This document shows positions 38,732 to 49,480 of a stretch of DNA of 64,000 bases, one piece after another. The stretch covers positions 91,284 through 155,283 of the forward strand of contig CAVTPG010000001.1 of the NCBI GenBank assembly GCA_963736595.1, given 5' to 3'. Position numbers and translations under genes: made by a program. The stretch comes from an uncultured Alphaproteobacteria bacterium. GTDB lineage: Bacteria; Pseudomonadota; Alphaproteobacteria; Sphingomonadales; Sphingomonadaceae. Numbering within the stretch: the first letter of the stretch is position 1; each line of letters opens with the position of its first letter. The notes beneath the pieces were generated by a model. That model was not told where the DNA came from, did not search any database, and saw nothing but the letters and a program-made list of their open reading frames with translations.

Positions 38732-40438
38732 TTGGATCGACCGCAATCAGATTTGGATGATGCCGCTCAAGGGAGCGATGAGGGCGAATCTGTGCGCTGG
38801 AATGTTGCGCGCGATGGTAAGCCGCTATCTGCATCCGCCAAGTCAGCGAGCGCTAAAGCAGCCAGTGCCAAACCAGCCAGCGCCAAACCAGCCAATTCGA
38901 TACCCGCAGAACTTCCCGCTCAATCAAACACGCCCGTCAAGCAATCTTCGTGGAAGCGACGCGCACGCCTAAGCCGCGACCGGCTGGGCCGCAGACTGGC
39001 GACTATCGACTTCGCCCCCAATCTTGCCGAGGAAATTGGCAGCCGAAAATGGTTTCGCGGAGCCGGAACAATGGTCGCTCTGGTCGCCGTGTCCATCGCG
39101 CTATGGCCCGAATTTGCGCCGCTCGAAGCTGCCACCATCGCGCAGATCGACGAACAGGCGCATGACGAATTCCGCAGCCAGATGATCATGCCATTGGGGC
39201 TGGGCGGCGATACTGGCCGCCGGATGGCCGCAACAGATTCCGTTAGATTGCTGAGAGCCGCGCCTGAGCGCCCGCAATTGCAGCTTCTTGCAACTTATGG
39301 GCAAGGTGACACACTGACGTCGATGCTGCGCCGTTCAGGACTGGCCGCAGCGCAGGCCGGACAGGCCGAGGATATGATCGGGCGGTCCTTCCCGCTCACC
39401 GATATTGCCCCCGGCACGCAATTTGCCATCACGCTGGGCCGCCGCGAACAAACCGATCAGCCGCGCCCACTCGATAATCTCACCTTCCGCGCCCGCTTCG
39501 ACCTTGAAATGTCGCTCAATCGCACGGACGGGCAATTGGCCGTGGAAAAGCAAATCATCCGCGTCGATGACACGCCTTTGCGCATTCGCGGCCAGGTCGG
39601 GGGCAGCCTTTATCGCAGCGCCCGCGCGGCCGGAGCGCCTGCCAGCGCCATTCAGGCCTATCTGAAAGCGATGGGCGACCATATGGACCTCGGCTCCATC
39701 GCATCCTCCGATACATTCGACATGATCCTGTCCTATCGCCGCGCGGAAACGGGTGAGCGGCAGGCCGGCAAATTGCTGTTTGCAGGCGTGGATCGCGGCG
39801 GACAGACCAAGGCGCAACTCATGCGCTGGGGCGACAAGCAGGAATTCTTCGATGCATCAGGCACAGGCGAGCAACGCAGCGGCCTGATTGCGCCGGTGCC
39901 GGGCAATATGTCGTCACGCTATGGTATGCGCCGCCACCCGATTCTGGGCTATAAGCGGATGCACGCGGGCCTCGATTTTCGCGGACGACATGGCACTCCG
40001 ATCGTGGCCGTAACCGATGGCACGGTCAGCGGCGCTGGCCGAATGGGTGGCTGCGGAATTGCCGTTCGCCTAAAGCATGGCGGCGGCCTCTCCACCCGAT
40101 ATTGCCACATGAGCCGGATGGCGGTCAGTCGCGGGCAACGCGTGCGGCGCGGGCAAGTGATCGGCTATATCGGCTCCACCGGATTATCGACTGGCCCGCA
40201 TCTGCATTACGAAATGTATCGCGGCGGCAGGCACGTCAATCCGGCGTCGGTCAAATATGTGACGCGTCAGCAATTGAGCCGGGCGGAGCTGGCCCAGTTT
40301 CGCAGTAATCTGTCGCGCTTGAAACAAGTCGCGCCGGGAGCCGCGCTGACGGAAATCGAAACGCAGGCAAAAGAAGCGCCCAAGCCCTTGCGCGAAATCG
40401 ATCGCCTCAATCAGAATCAGGTCAAGCGCGTCGATTAA
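38732..40438 (+). CDS. M23 family metallopeptidase (MepM-like)
   Basis: HPILGY.RMHAGLD, YCHMS, GSTGLSTGPHLHYE; TM; N-terminal ASAK repeats. Confidence 0.92.
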   Translation: MDRPQSDLDDAAQGSDEGESVRWNVARDGKPLSASAKSASAKAASAKPASAKPANSIPAELPAQSNTPVKQSSWKRRARLSRDRLGRRLATIDFAPNLAEEIGSRKWFRGAGTMVALVAVSIALWPEFAPLEAATIAQIDEQAHDEFRSQMIMPLGLGGDTGRRMAATDSVRLLRAAPERPQLQLLATYGQGDTLTSMLRRSGLAAAQAGQAEDMIGRSFPLTDIAPGTQFAITLGRREQTDQPRPLDNLTFRARFDLEMSLNRTDGQLAVEKQIIRVDDTPLRIRGQVGGSLYRSARAAGAPASAIQAYLKAMGDHMDLGSIASSDTFDMILSYRRAETGERQAGKLLFAGVDRGGQTKAQLMRWGDKQEFFDASGTGEQRSGLIAPVPGNMSSRYGMRRHPILGYKRMHAGLDFRGRHGTPIVAVTDGTVSGAGRMGGCGIAVRLKHGGGLSTRYCHMSRMAVSRGQRVRRGQVIGYIGSTGLSTGPHLHYEMYRGGRHVNPASVKYVTRQQLSRAELAQFRSNLSRLKQVAPGAALTEIETQAKEAPKPLREIDRLNQNQVKRVD

Positions 40439-40483
40439 CAGAGGTCTTGCGCGCGATGAGCGAACAGGCCATCAGATTGCGCC

Positions 40484-41479
40484 ATGACTGCTCGCTATCC
40501 CGATATTCGAATGCGACGCACACGCGCGAAGGCCTGGAGCCGCGCAATGTATCGCGAAACTGTGCTGACTCCGGCGGATTTGATCTGGCCGCTGTTTATC
40601 GTGGATGGCCACGGTGTTGAGCAGCCCATCGACAGCCTGCCGGGCGTATCGCGCTGGTCGGTGGATGGGATTGTGGCGCGCGCGAAGGAAGCCGTGTCGC
40701 TCGGCATCCCCTGCGTGGCGCTTTTCCCGAATACGCAACCTGATCGCCGTAGTGACGATGGCACAGAGGCGCTCAATCCCGACAATCTGATGTGCCGCGC
40801 CATTGCTGCAATCAAGCAAGCTTGTGGCGAGGATATCGGTGTGCTGACCGATGTGGCGCTCGACCCTTATACCGCACATGGACAGGACGGTTTGCTCGAC
40901 AATTCTGGCTATGTCGCCAACGATGCGACGGTGGACGTGCTGGTGAAACAAGCGGTCAATCAAGCGGCGGCTGGCGCGGACATTATCGCGCCCTCCGATA
41001 TGATGGATGGGCGGATCGGCGCAATCCGCGAGGGGCTGGAAAGCGCAGGCCACGCCAATGTGCAGATCATGTCCTACGCCGCGAAATATGCGAGCGCGTT
41101 TTACGGCCCGTTCCGCGATGCGGTTGGCTCCGGCGACCTGCTGAAGGGCGACAAGAAAAGCTATCAGATGGACCCGGCCAATGCGGACGAGGCGATGCGC
41201 GAAGTGGCACTGGACATTGCCGAGGGTGCGGACAGCGTGATGGTCAAACCGGGACTGGCTTACCTCGACATTGTGTACCGGCTGAAAACCCGCTTCGATA
41301 TTCCCATCTTCGCTTATCAGGTAAGCGGCGAATATGCGTTGATCGAAATCGGCGCGAAAGCGGGCGTGGGGGATCGCGACGCGTTGATGATGGAAAAATT
41401 GCTGGCGTTCAAACGGGCCGGATGCAGCGGGATCCTGACGTACCATGCGCGCGATGCTGCAAAGTTGCTCAATGGCTGA
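40484..41479 (+). CDS. hemB: porphobilinogen synthase
   Basis: DVALDPYT.HGQDG, PSDMMDGR, FYGPFRDA, MVKPG, YQVSGEY. Confidence 0.98.
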   Translation: MTARYPDIRMRRTRAKAWSRAMYRETVLTPADLIWPLFIVDGHGVEQPIDSLPGVSRWSVDGIVARAKEAVSLGIPCVALFPNTQPDRRSDDGTEALNPDNLMCRAIAAIKQACGEDIGVLTDVALDPYTAHGQDGLLDNSGYVANDATVDVLVKQAVNQAAAGADIIAPSDMMDGRIGAIREGLESAGHANVQIMSYAAKYASAFYGPFRDAVGSGDLLKGDKKSYQMDPANADEAMREVALDIAEGADSVMVKPGLAYLDIVYRLKTRFDIPIFAYQVSGEYALIEIGAKAGVGDRDALMMEKLLAFKRAGCSGILTYHARDAAKLLNG

Positions 41480-42047
41480 ATTCTATCGCGAGACGCAGCG
41501 CCTGATCCTGCGCGACTGGAAAGAAGCCGATTGGACCGAATTCTGGCGCGTTACCAATACGCCCGCCGTCATGCGCTGGCTGGGCGATAAGCTGGATGAG
41601 GCGGGAATGCGGGCGGCGTGGGGTCGGCTGCAAGGCTATGCGCGCGATTACGGCCACACGTTCTGGCTGTTGGAGCGCAAGCCTGATGGCGGACATCTGG
41701 CGGGCGAGGTGCTGGGGTTTTGCGGGCTGAAACGCTCGAATGTGGTGGACCAGAAGGTAACTGGCATGGTCGAGATTGGCTGGCGCTTGCGAGAGGACGC
41801 GTGGGGTCGCGGCTATGCCAAGGAGGCGGCAATCGCATCGCTCGATCTGGGCTTTGGCGAATTCAAGGCGAGCGAGATTGTGGCGCTGACCGTGACCGGC
41901 AATGAAGCGAGCTGGGGGCTGATGAAGCGGCTGGGTATGCAGCGGAGAGAGGATCTGGACTTTACCGATCCGCATTACGGACCGGACCTCAATCCCAGCA
42001 TCGTTTATTCGATTTCGCGCAATGAATGGCAGGAGAGCCGAGCATGA
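41472..42047 (+). CDS. GNAT acetyltransferase (RimJ/RimL family)
   Basis: TQRLILR, EIGWRL...WGRGYAKEA, N.AS..LM.RLGM. Confidence 0.9.
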   Translation: MAEFYRETQRLILRDWKEADWTEFWRVTNTPAVMRWLGDKLDEAGMRAAWGRLQGYARDYGHTFWLLERKPDGGHLAGEVLGFCGLKRSNVVDQKVTGMVEIGWRLREDAWGRGYAKEAAIASLDLGFGEFKASEIVALTVTGNEASWGLMKRLGMQRREDLDFTDPHYGPDLNPSIVYSISRNEWQESRA

Positions 42048-42616
42048 CCATCCAGCGACCCGGCGTAAATATCATCGCGATCCACGGAAAGGCGCCGAAA
42101 ATCGACGACAGCGCCTTTGTTGCACCCGGCTGCACGATCGTCGGCGATGTCACTATCGGGGCAGGCTCATCGATCTGGTACAATTGCGTGCTGCGCGCCG
42201 ATGTCAGCCACATCATCATCGGAGAGCGCACCAACATTCAGGACGGTAGCGTCATTCATTGCGACGGGCCGAAACCGGGCGAGCCGGACGGTTGCCCGTG
42301 TCTGATCGGTGATGATGTCCTGATCGGCCATATGGCGATGGTGCATGGCGCGATTATCGAGGACCGCGGATTTGTCGGGCTGGGCGCGATTGCAATGAAC
42401 AAGGCGCGGATCGGTTCGGATGCGATGCTGGCGGCGGGCGCGATGCTGACCGAAAACAAGGTTATGGAGCCACGCAGTTTGTGGGCGGGGCGACCAGCGA
42501 AGTTTATGCGCGAACTGAACGATGCGGCAATCGCGGGTATGAAACTAGGCGTGGCGCATTATGCCGAAAATGCAAAAGCGCACGTCAAAGCTGTTGGAGA
42601 AGCAGGCCTAAACTAA
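42044..42616 (+). CDS. gamma carbonic anhydrase family protein
   Basis: LRAD, TNIQDG.VIH, IGH..VHG, hexapeptide repeats. Confidence 0.93.
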   Translation: MTIQRPGVNIIAIHGKAPKIDDSAFVAPGCTIVGDVTIGAGSSIWYNCVLRADVSHIIIGERTNIQDGSVIHCDGPKPGEPDGCPCLIGDDVLIGHMAMVHGAIIEDRGFVGLGAIAMNKARIGSDAMLAAGAMLTENKVMEPRSLWAGRPAKFMRELNDAAIAGMKLGVAHYAENAKAHVKAVGEAGLN

Positions 42617-42712
42617 GGCGTGGCTTTTATGAGGCGCGATCCTGCAGCTTTTAAGGTGGGTTGGCGCCGCTCGACCCCGGCTCGACATCCTTGTGGCACG
42701 TTTGTGGCCGCG

Positions 42713-44320
42713 TCAGTCACGGACCAACGATAGCAGGGTTTCGATGCGATCCGCCTCATGTGCGGGCTTGTCCCAGCGGATGCGGTGAATGCGCGGAAAG
42801 CGCATGGCAAGCCCGGATTTGTGCCGTTTGCTGGTGTGGACGCTGTCGAAAGCGACTTCGAAGACCAGCTCTTTTTCCGTCTCTCGCACCGGCCCGAACC
42901 GGTTGATCGTGTTCTGGCGGACGTGGCGGTCAATCTTCTTCAATTCCTCATCGGTGAAGCCCGAATACGCCTTGCCGACGGGTAGCAATTCCGCGCCTTT
43001 ATCCGCATCGCCATCCCAGCAGCCAAAGGTGTAATCGGAAAAGAAGCTGGAGCGTTTTCCGCTGCCCCGCTGCGCATACATCAGCACGCAATCAATCAGC
43101 AGCGGATCGCGTTTCCATTTGTACCAAAGCCCTGTTTTCCGGCCAGAAATATAAGGGCTGTCGCGCCGCTTTAACATCAACCCCTCAATCGCATCATCGC
43201 GGGTAGATTTGCGGATTTCTGCCAATTGCTCGAAAGTTTCGGCATGAACGATCTGACTGATATCGAAATGCGTTTCGGGCAGTTCTGCAACGATCTGCTC
43301 AAGTTTTTCGCGACGCTGTACCCACGGCAGTTCGCGCAAATCCTCACCTCGCCATTGCAGCACGTCATACAGCCGGACAAAAGCTGGCGCTTCGGTCAGC
43401 ATTTTCTTCGACACAGTTTTGCGGCCAAGTCGTTGTTGTAGCGCGTTAAAACTGGCAGCTCCGCCTTCTTCGCCGCCCTGCACCGTGCCGCGAACCAGCA
43501 GCTCTCCGTCCAGAACGGCGGGTATTTTCAGCGCCTCCAGCATCTCAGGAAATGATCGCGAGATATCGTCACCTGACCGGCTGTAGACCCGCGTTTCCGC
43601 CGCTTCGCCTACCCCGGCATTCACCATCTGCACCCGGATGCCGTCCCACTTCCACTCGGCGGCGTAATCGTCCATCGAGACGACCGTTTCCTCCAGCGGA
43701 TGTGCCAGCATAAAGGGGCGGAACAGCGGCAAATTCTCCGTATCCGGCGGGTCTTCGCCATCCGCTGCCCATGCAAACAGTTCGGCATACGGCGCTTCCA
43801 ACGCGTGCCAATATTCCTCCACCTCATCGACCGACACGTCGAATGCCTGCGCAAAAGCAGTCTTGGCAAGGCGCGCAGAAACGCCAATTCGCATGGCTCC
43901 CGTGGCCAGTTTCAGCAAAGCGTAGCGGCCCGATGGATCAAGCCGGTCGAGCATTTTGCCAAGCTCAGTCGTCGCATTCGCGCGGTTCATGGCCGACAGT
44001 GTATCGACAGCTTCCGCCAATGACGGAGCGGGCGGACCATCCTCAAACGGATTGGGCCAAAGCAAGCTCGCGCATTCCGCCGTATCGCCCACAAAATCAC
44101 GGCTTAACGTCCACAGCACGGGGTCGATCCGCTCTTTCAGCAAATTGCGAATGGTCGAACTTTTGACTGCTGGAAAATCCAGCCCGTCGGACAATCCCGC
44201 CAGCGCCCACCCGCGATCGGGGTCGGGTGTTTCGCGCAGATATTCGGCGATCAAATCGAGCTTTGCGTTTCGGCTGCGCGTATAAACCAGCGTGTCGAGG
44301 AGTTCGGCAAATTTCTCCAC
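42713..44320 (-). CDS. ATP-dependent DNA ligase (damage-response type)
   Basis: EWKWDGIR, LDGEL, EGLMLK, W.KWK, RFPRI.RIRWDK. Confidence 0.95.
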   Translation of the reverse strand: MEKFAELLDTLVYTRSRNAKLDLIAEYLRETPDPDRGWALAGLSDGLDFPAVKSSTIRNLLKERIDPVLWTLSRDFVGDTAECASLLWPNPFEDGPPAPSLAEAVDTLSAMNRANATTELGKMLDRLDPSGRYALLKLATGAMRIGVSARLAKTAFAQAFDVSVDEVEEYWHALEAPYAELFAWAADGEDPPDTENLPLFRPFMLAHPLEETVVSMDDYAAEWKWDGIRVQMVNAGVGEAAETRVYSRSGDDISRSFPEMLEALKIPAVLDGELLVRGTVQGGEEGGAASFNALQQRLGRKTVSKKMLTEAPAFVRLYDVLQWRGEDLRELPWVQRREKLEQIVAELPETHFDISQIVHAETFEQLAEIRKSTRDDAIEGLMLKRRDSPYISGRKTGLWYKWKRDPLLIDCVLMYAQRGSGKRSSFFSDYTFGCWDGDADKGAELLPVGKAYSGFTDEELKKIDRHVRQNTINRFGPVRETEKELVFEVAFDSVHTSKRHKSGLAMRFPRIHRIRWDKPAHEADRIETLLSLVRD

Positions 44321-45340
44321 CTACTCGTCTTCCTCTTCCCGACCGATCATGGCGAGCGCGCGGGCGCGGCGTTGATGCAACTGATGCCAGCGGAGCAATG
44401 CCTCTTCGCGGCCATGCGTAATCCAGCTTTCCTGCGGGTTTACCTCCTGCACGGTCTGCGTCAGCTCATCCCAATCGGCGTGATCGGAAATGATCAGGGG
44501 CAGCTCAACATTACGCTGTCGTGCGCGCTGCCGGACCCGCATCCAGCCGCTGGCCATTGCGGTAATTGGTTCGGGCAAACGGCGGGACCAGCGATCATTC
44601 AGCGCGGCGGGCGGAGACACGATAATATGTCCGCGCATATCGTCCTTGGTCTGATCAGCCACAAGGCGCAATTCGCCAAGATCGACGCCGTGTTCTTCGT
44701 ACAGGCGGCACATTTTTTCCATCGCGCCATGCAAATAAATTGGGTCATGATGCCCGGCCCGGCGCAATTCGGCGATAACCCGCTGCGCTTTGCCCAAAGC
44801 ATAGGCGCCGACCAGCACGCATCGGTCCGGCTCGTCGGCCAAGCGTTTCAACAGTTTGGCAATCTCACCTTCGATGGGCGGATGCGTGAAGATGGGGAGG
44901 CCAAACGTCGCTTCTGTTATCAGAATGTCGCACGGCGTGACTTCGAAGGGCGGACAAGTCGGATCGGCACGGCGCTTGTAATCGCCCGTGACGATGACCC
45001 GCTCGCCCGCGTGTTCGAGCAGAATTTGCGCGCTGCCCAGCACATGGCCTGCCGGAATATACGTCGCATCGACCCCGCCTTTCAGCCGCACCGTCTCGCC
45101 ATATTGAATGGGTATGGTCGCGCCGCCATTCGGGCCTTCGCCAGTCGCATAGCGCAGCTTCATGATGGCCAGCGTTTCGGGCGTTGCCACAGTGACGCCG
45201 TGGCCGCCGCGCGCATGGTCGGCATGGCCGTGCGTCACCAGCGCGTGATCGGTCGCGATGCTCGGGTCGATCCACGTATCTGCAGGCACGACATGGATGC
45301 CGTGCGGCGCGGGTTGGATCCAGGAAAAGGGGGCGGGCAT
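44321..45340 (-). CDS. ligase-associated DNA damage response exonuclease (metallo-beta-lactamase/beta-CASP)
   Basis: THGHADH, AGHVLGS, TGDYK, EATFGLP, SDHADW. Confidence 0.93.
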   Translation of the reverse strand: MPAPFSWIQPAPHGIHVVPADTWIDPSIATDHALVTHGHADHARGGHGVTVATPETLAIMKLRYATGEGPNGGATIPIQYGETVRLKGGVDATYIPAGHVLGSAQILLEHAGERVIVTGDYKRRADPTCPPFEVTPCDILITEATFGLPIFTHPPIEGEIAKLLKRLADEPDRCVLVGAYALGKAQRVIAELRRAGHHDPIYLHGAMEKMCRLYEEHGVDLGELRLVADQTKDDMRGHIIVSPPAALNDRWSRRLPEPITAMASGWMRVRQRARQRNVELPLIISDHADWDELTQTVQEVNPQESWITHGREEALLRWHQLHQRRARALAMIGREEEDE

Positions 45341-45413
45341 GGCATTAAAACCGAAGCGGGGCGCGAACCGTTCCCACGACACGCGCCCCGCAACGAATTA
45401 AAACAGTCAGACG

Positions 45414-47822
45414 TCAGCTTTCGCTATCGTCCGGCTTGTCTGCGCTATCTCCGGCGGAAGCGTCCGGTTTCTTGGGCACAGGCGCTTTCTTGGCGGCTGG
45501 CTTCTTTGCCGGAGCCTTTTTTGCAGGAGCTTTGCGTTTGCTGGCTTTGGGAGCGGCAGGCGTAACTTCAAAGGCAGGCTTGCCGTCCTTGACCGTGACT
45601 TGCACTTCGCCGCCGCTTGCCAACTTGCCGAACAGCAATTCTTCGGCCAGCGGTTGCTTGATCTTGTCTTGCAGCAAACGGCCCATCGGGCGCGCGCCAT
45701 AGAGCCGGTCATAACCTTTATCGCCCAGCCATTTGCGCGCTTCGGCATCGAACTGAATTTCGACATTCTGCTCGACCAGCTGCAATTCGAGCTGCAGAAT
45801 GAACTTGTCCACCACTCGCGCGATTGTATCTTTACCAAGATAGCTGAACGGCACGATGGCATCGAGCCGATTGCGGAATTCCGGCGTGAACATCTTCTTC
45901 ACCGCCTCTTCGCTGGCATCTTCCTTCGACACATCGCCAAACCCGATACCCTGGCTCGCCATATCGGCAGCACCGGCATTGGTCGTCATCACCAGCACGA
46001 CGTTGCGGAAATCGACGGTCTTGCCGTGGTGATCGGTGAGGCGGCCATTATCCATGACTTGCAGCAGGATATTAAAGAGGTCGGGATGCGCTTTCTCGAT
46101 CTCGTCGAGCAGCAACACGCAATGCGGATTCTGGTCGATCGCATCGGTCAGCAAACCGCCCTGATCGTAACCGACATAGCCCGGAGGCGCGCCGATCAGC
46201 CGCGAAACGCTGTGCCGCTCCATATATTCGGACATATCGAACCGCTTCAGCTCGATGCCCATGATCGAGGCAAGCTGCCGCGCGACTTCGGTTTTCCCAA
46301 CGCCCGTAGGGCCGGAAAACAGAAAGCTGCCGATCGGCTTGTCGGGATCACGCAGGCCTGCCCGCGACAGCTTCATCGCGGTCGAAAGCTTCTTCACCGC
46401 GGCGTCCTGACCGAAGACAACATGCTTTAGATCGCGTTCGAGATTTTCGAGCGCTTTCTTATCGTCTTTGCTGACCGATTTGGGCGGGATCCGCGCCATC
46501 GTCGCAACGACCGCTTCGATTTCGCGCGCAGTGATCTTTTTCTTGCGGCGACTTGGTGCGACCAGCATTTGCATCGCGCCAACTTCGTCGATCACGTCGA
46601 TCGCCTTATCCGGCAATTTGCGGTCATTGATGTAGCGCGCAGACAATTCCACCGCCGTTTTCAGCGCGTCTGGCGTGTACTTGACCTTGTGATGATCTTC
46701 GAAAGCGGAGCGCAATCCTTTCAGGATTTTGATCGTGTCTTCGACTGTCGGCTCGTTCACATCGATCTTCTGGAAGCGGCGCAACAAAGCGCGGTCTTTT
46801 TCGAAGTGGTTGCGGAATTCCTTGTAAGTCGTCGAGCCAACGCACCGGATCGTGCCACCTGACAAGGCCGGCTTCAGCAGGTTCGAGGCATCCATTGCCC
46901 CGCCGCTGGTTGCCCCTGCGCCGATAACCGTATGAATTTCATCGATAAACAGGATTGCATCGGGCATTTTTTCAAGCTCGGTGACGACTTGCTTCAGCCG
47001 CTCTTCAAAATCGCCGCGATAGCGCGTTCCGGCCAGCAACGCGCCCATGTCGAGCGAGTAGATGACGGCAGGCTCCAACACTTCTGGCACTTCGCCTTCC
47101 ACGATTTTGCGGGCCAGCCCCTCAGCAATGGCGGTTTTCCCGACGCCGGGATCGCCGACATAAAGCGGATTGTTTTTAGAACGGCGACACAGGATCTGGA
47201 TCGTCCGGTCCACTTCTGGGCCGCGACCGATCAGCGGATCGACTTTGCCGTCTTCCGCCTTCTTGTTCAGATTGACCGTGAACTGATCGAGTGCGGATTC
47301 CTTCTTGGCCGGTTCCGCCGCTTTGTCTTCGCCCGGCGCATCGCCTTCCTCACCGGAGGCCGACTTGGTTTCGATCGACTTTCCGCCCTTGCCGATGCCG
47401 TGGCTGATAAAGCTGACCGCGTCCAACCGACTCATATCCTGTTGCTGCAGGAAATAGACAGCATAGGAATCGCGCTCTGAAAACAACGCGACCAGCACAT
47501 TCGCGCCGGTTACGGTATCCTTGCCCGATGATTGAACGTGCAGGATCGCGCGCTGGATCACGCGCTGGAAACCGGCGGTGGGTTGCGGATCGTCCTCGCC
47601 TTGCGATTTTAGCGACTGGTATTCCTGATCAAGATATTGCTTCACCGCCTCGCCAAGCTCGATCAGATCGACGCCGCACGCGACCATAACTTGTGCCGCA
47701 TCTTCGTCATCGATCAGCGCAAGGAGCAAATGCTCCAATGTCGCATATTCGTGATGGCGCTGACCTGCATCGCTCAAGGCTGCGTGCAATGTCTTTTCGA
47801 GATTTTGGGCGAAGCTGGGCAT
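45414..47822 (-). CDS. clpA: ATP-dependent Clp protease ATP-binding subunit ClpA
   Basis: [10 protein letters not shown], two Walker A motifs ([16 protein letters not shown]), IGF loop, no M-domain. Confidence 0.97.
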   Translation of the reverse strand: MPSFAQNLEKTLHAALSDAGQRHHEYATLEHLLLALIDDEDAAQVMVACGVDLIELGEAVKQYLDQEYQSLKSQGEDDPQPTAGFQRVIQRAILHVQSSGKDTVTGANVLVALFSERDSYAVYFLQQQDMSRLDAVSFISHGIGKGGKSIETKSASGEEGDAPGEDKAAEPAKKESALDQFTVNLNKKAEDGKVDPLIGRGPEVDRTIQILCRRSKNNPLYVGDPGVGKTAIAEGLARKIVEGEVPEVLEPAVIYSLDMGALLAGTRYRGDFEERLKQVVTELEKMPDAILFIDEIHTVIGAGATSGGAMDASNLLKPALSGGTIRCVGSTTYKEFRNHFEKDRALLRRFQKIDVNEPTVEDTIKILKGLRSAFEDHHKVKYTPDALKTAVELSARYINDRKLPDKAIDVIDEVGAMQMLVAPSRRKKKITAREIEAVVATMARIPPKSVSKDDKKALENLERDLKHVVFGQDAAVKKLSTAMKLSRAGLRDPDKPIGSFLFSGPTGVGKTEVARQLASIMGIELKRFDMSEYMERHSVSRLIGAPPGYVGYDQGGLLTDAIDQNPHCVLLLDEIEKAHPDLFNILLQVMDNGRLTDHHGKTVDFRNVVLVMTTNAGAADMASQGIGFGDVSKEDASEEAVKKMFTPEFRNRLDAIVPFSYLGKDTIARVVDKFILQLELQLVEQNVEIQFDAEARKWLGDKGYDRLYGARPMGRLLQDKIKQPLAEELLFGKLASGGEVQVTVKDGKPAFEVTPAAPKASKRKAPAKKAPAKKPAAKKAPVPKKPDASAGDSADKPDDSES

Positions 47823-47998
47823 TCAGGGCTCTCTTTGGTTTGAAATCAGGGAGGCTGATTGGCTGGATGATAAGCGATAAACCTTAGCCAATACTGTATG
47901 TGAGACAGATATAGGCACGACTTGCGCAATTTTTAGACCCGTTGGGATGAGCCAACTTAGGTTAGCTTTTGTGCCGCCATCCATTGCGATGCGCGCTG

Positions 47999-48196
47999 TC
48001 ATGACGATTTGCCGAATAGCGCATCGGCGGCTTGTCTATGCGAGGCGGCGGCATCGCGATGCGCTTTGACCCGCGTGATTTCCGCTTCGAGCAAGGCGAT
48101 CCGTGTGGCCAGTTCTTCCTGAGAATACGGGCCGAGATCTTCGCCTGCGAGCAAGCCTGCCGCATCGCCTTTTGGCCGGGGAAGATCGTCGTCCAT
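47999..48196 (-). CDS. DUF1192 family small protein
   Basis: EDL..S.EEL..RIALLEAEI.R..A.ALF. Confidence 0.85.
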   Translation of the reverse strand: MDDDLPRPKGDAAGLLAGEDLGPYSQEELATRIALLEAEITRVKAHRDAAASHRQAADALFGKSS

Positions 48197-48342
48197 TCAC
48201 AGGCCCTTCCGTTAAGACCCGCAGCATCGGCCCTTGGGGCACTTGCTGTCAATACGCGACGCGGCTACGCATCAGCGATCCGGGGCAGTGTGCCGCTCTT
48301 GCAACAAATTGCGCGATGGGCGGACAGGGTGAGCTTTAACAA

Positions 48343-49365
48343 ATGGCTGAGTTAGTGAGAGAAAAATTGCCTGATGTGATGACGGCAATCGGGTTCGACG
48401 ATCCGGGTGGGCCGGAGGTTTTGCAGCCGCATGAAATGACTGTGCCGCAAGCAGATGCCGATCAGGTCTTGATCCAAGTCGCCTACGCGGGCGTAAATCG
48501 CCCGGATGTTATTCAGCGGCAGGGCTTTTATCCGGCTCCTCCCGGCGCTTCTCCCATTCCCGGCCTCGAGGTTTCCGGAAAAATTGTGGCGGCGGGCGAT
48601 AATGTTCCACGTGAAATGATCGGGCAAACTGTGTGCGCTTTGGTGACAGGGGGCGGCTATGGCGAATATTGCCTCGCCCATGCGCGCCATTGCCTCAACG
48701 TGCCGAAAGGGATGGCACTCGCGCAAGCGGCTGCATTGCCCGAAACGTTGTTCACCGTCTGGCACAATGTGTTCGAGCGCGCCTTTGCCAAATCCGGCGA
48801 GACTTTGCTGGTTCACGGCGGGACGAGCGGCATCGGCACAATGGCGATCATGCTGGCCAAGGCTTTCGACATGACCGTCATCACGACGGCGGGCAGCGAG
48901 GAAAAGTGCGAAGCCGCGCGCAAGCTGGGCGCTGATTTGGCGATTAATTACAAAGAGCAGGATTTTGTCGAGAAAGTGAAGGCATTCACGGACGGCAACG
49001 GCGTGAATATCGTGCTGGACATGGTGTCGGGCGATTACGTGCCGCGCAATCTGGCTTGTCTTGCGGTCGAGGGCCGTCACGTCACTATCGCCGTGCTGGG
49101 CGGCCTGAAAGCCGAACTGAACATGGCGCATATCATGGCGAAGCGATTGACCCTGACCGGATCGACCCTGCGCGCGCGATCGGACAGCTTCAAAGCGTTA
49201 CTGGCCGACGAGATTTCTGCAAATGCCTGGCCGTTGTTCGAGTCCGGCGAATTGCGCCCGGTTATGGATCGGACCTTCCCACTCGCCAACGCGGCAGACG
49301 CGCATAAGCGGATGGAAGCAGGCGAGCATATCGGCAAAATCGTGCTGAAAGTGGCAGGGGGCTGA
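48343..49365 (+). CDS. NAD(P)H-quinone oxidoreductase (PIG3 family)
   Basis: GVNRPD.IQR.G.YP, GLE.SG, HGGTSGIG, GSTLR.R, HIGKIVL. Confidence 0.93.
   Translation: MAELVREKLPDVMTAIGFDDPGGPEVLQPHEMTVPQADADQVLIQVAYAGVNRPDVIQRQGFYPAPPGASPIPGLEVSGKIVAAGDNVPREMIGQTVCALVTGGGYGEYCLAHARHCLNVPKGMALAQAAALPETLFTVWHNVFERAFAKSGETLLVHGGTSGIGTMAIMLAKAFDMTVITTAGSEEKCEAARKLGADLAINYKEQDFVEKVKAFTDGNGVNIVLDMVSGDYVPRNLACLAVEGRHVTIAVLGGLKAELNMAHIMAKRLTLTGSTLRARSDSFKALLADEISANAWPLFESGELRPVMDRTFPLANAADAHKRMEAGEHIGKIVLKVAGG
48603..48618. promoter_or_regulatory. possible distal parS site
   Basis: TGTTCCACGTGAAATG, 14/16 match to TGTTYCACGTGRAACA. Confidence 0.4.
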
Positions 49366-49411
49366 ACCTGCTTGCCGAATCCGCCCGTAACGCCTAGATG
49401 GATAACGACGC

Positions 49412-49443
49412 AGCCGTCCCGAGAGGGGCGGCTCTTCTATTTC
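49412..49443 (+). terminator. GC-rich hairpin / possible terminator
   Basis: AGCCGTCCC-GAGA-GGGGCGGCT followed by CTTCTATTTC. Confidence 0.55.
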
Positions 49444-49480
49444 AAGATATAGCGCTGCCCCACGGGCGAAAGAGACACAT

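Noticed and set aside
40472-41446. 324-aa minus-strand ORF
   Set aside because: Antisense shadow of hemB
44372-45565. 397-aa plus-strand ORF
   Set aside because: Antisense shadow of the exonuclease gene with no motifs; typical of GC-rich codon bias
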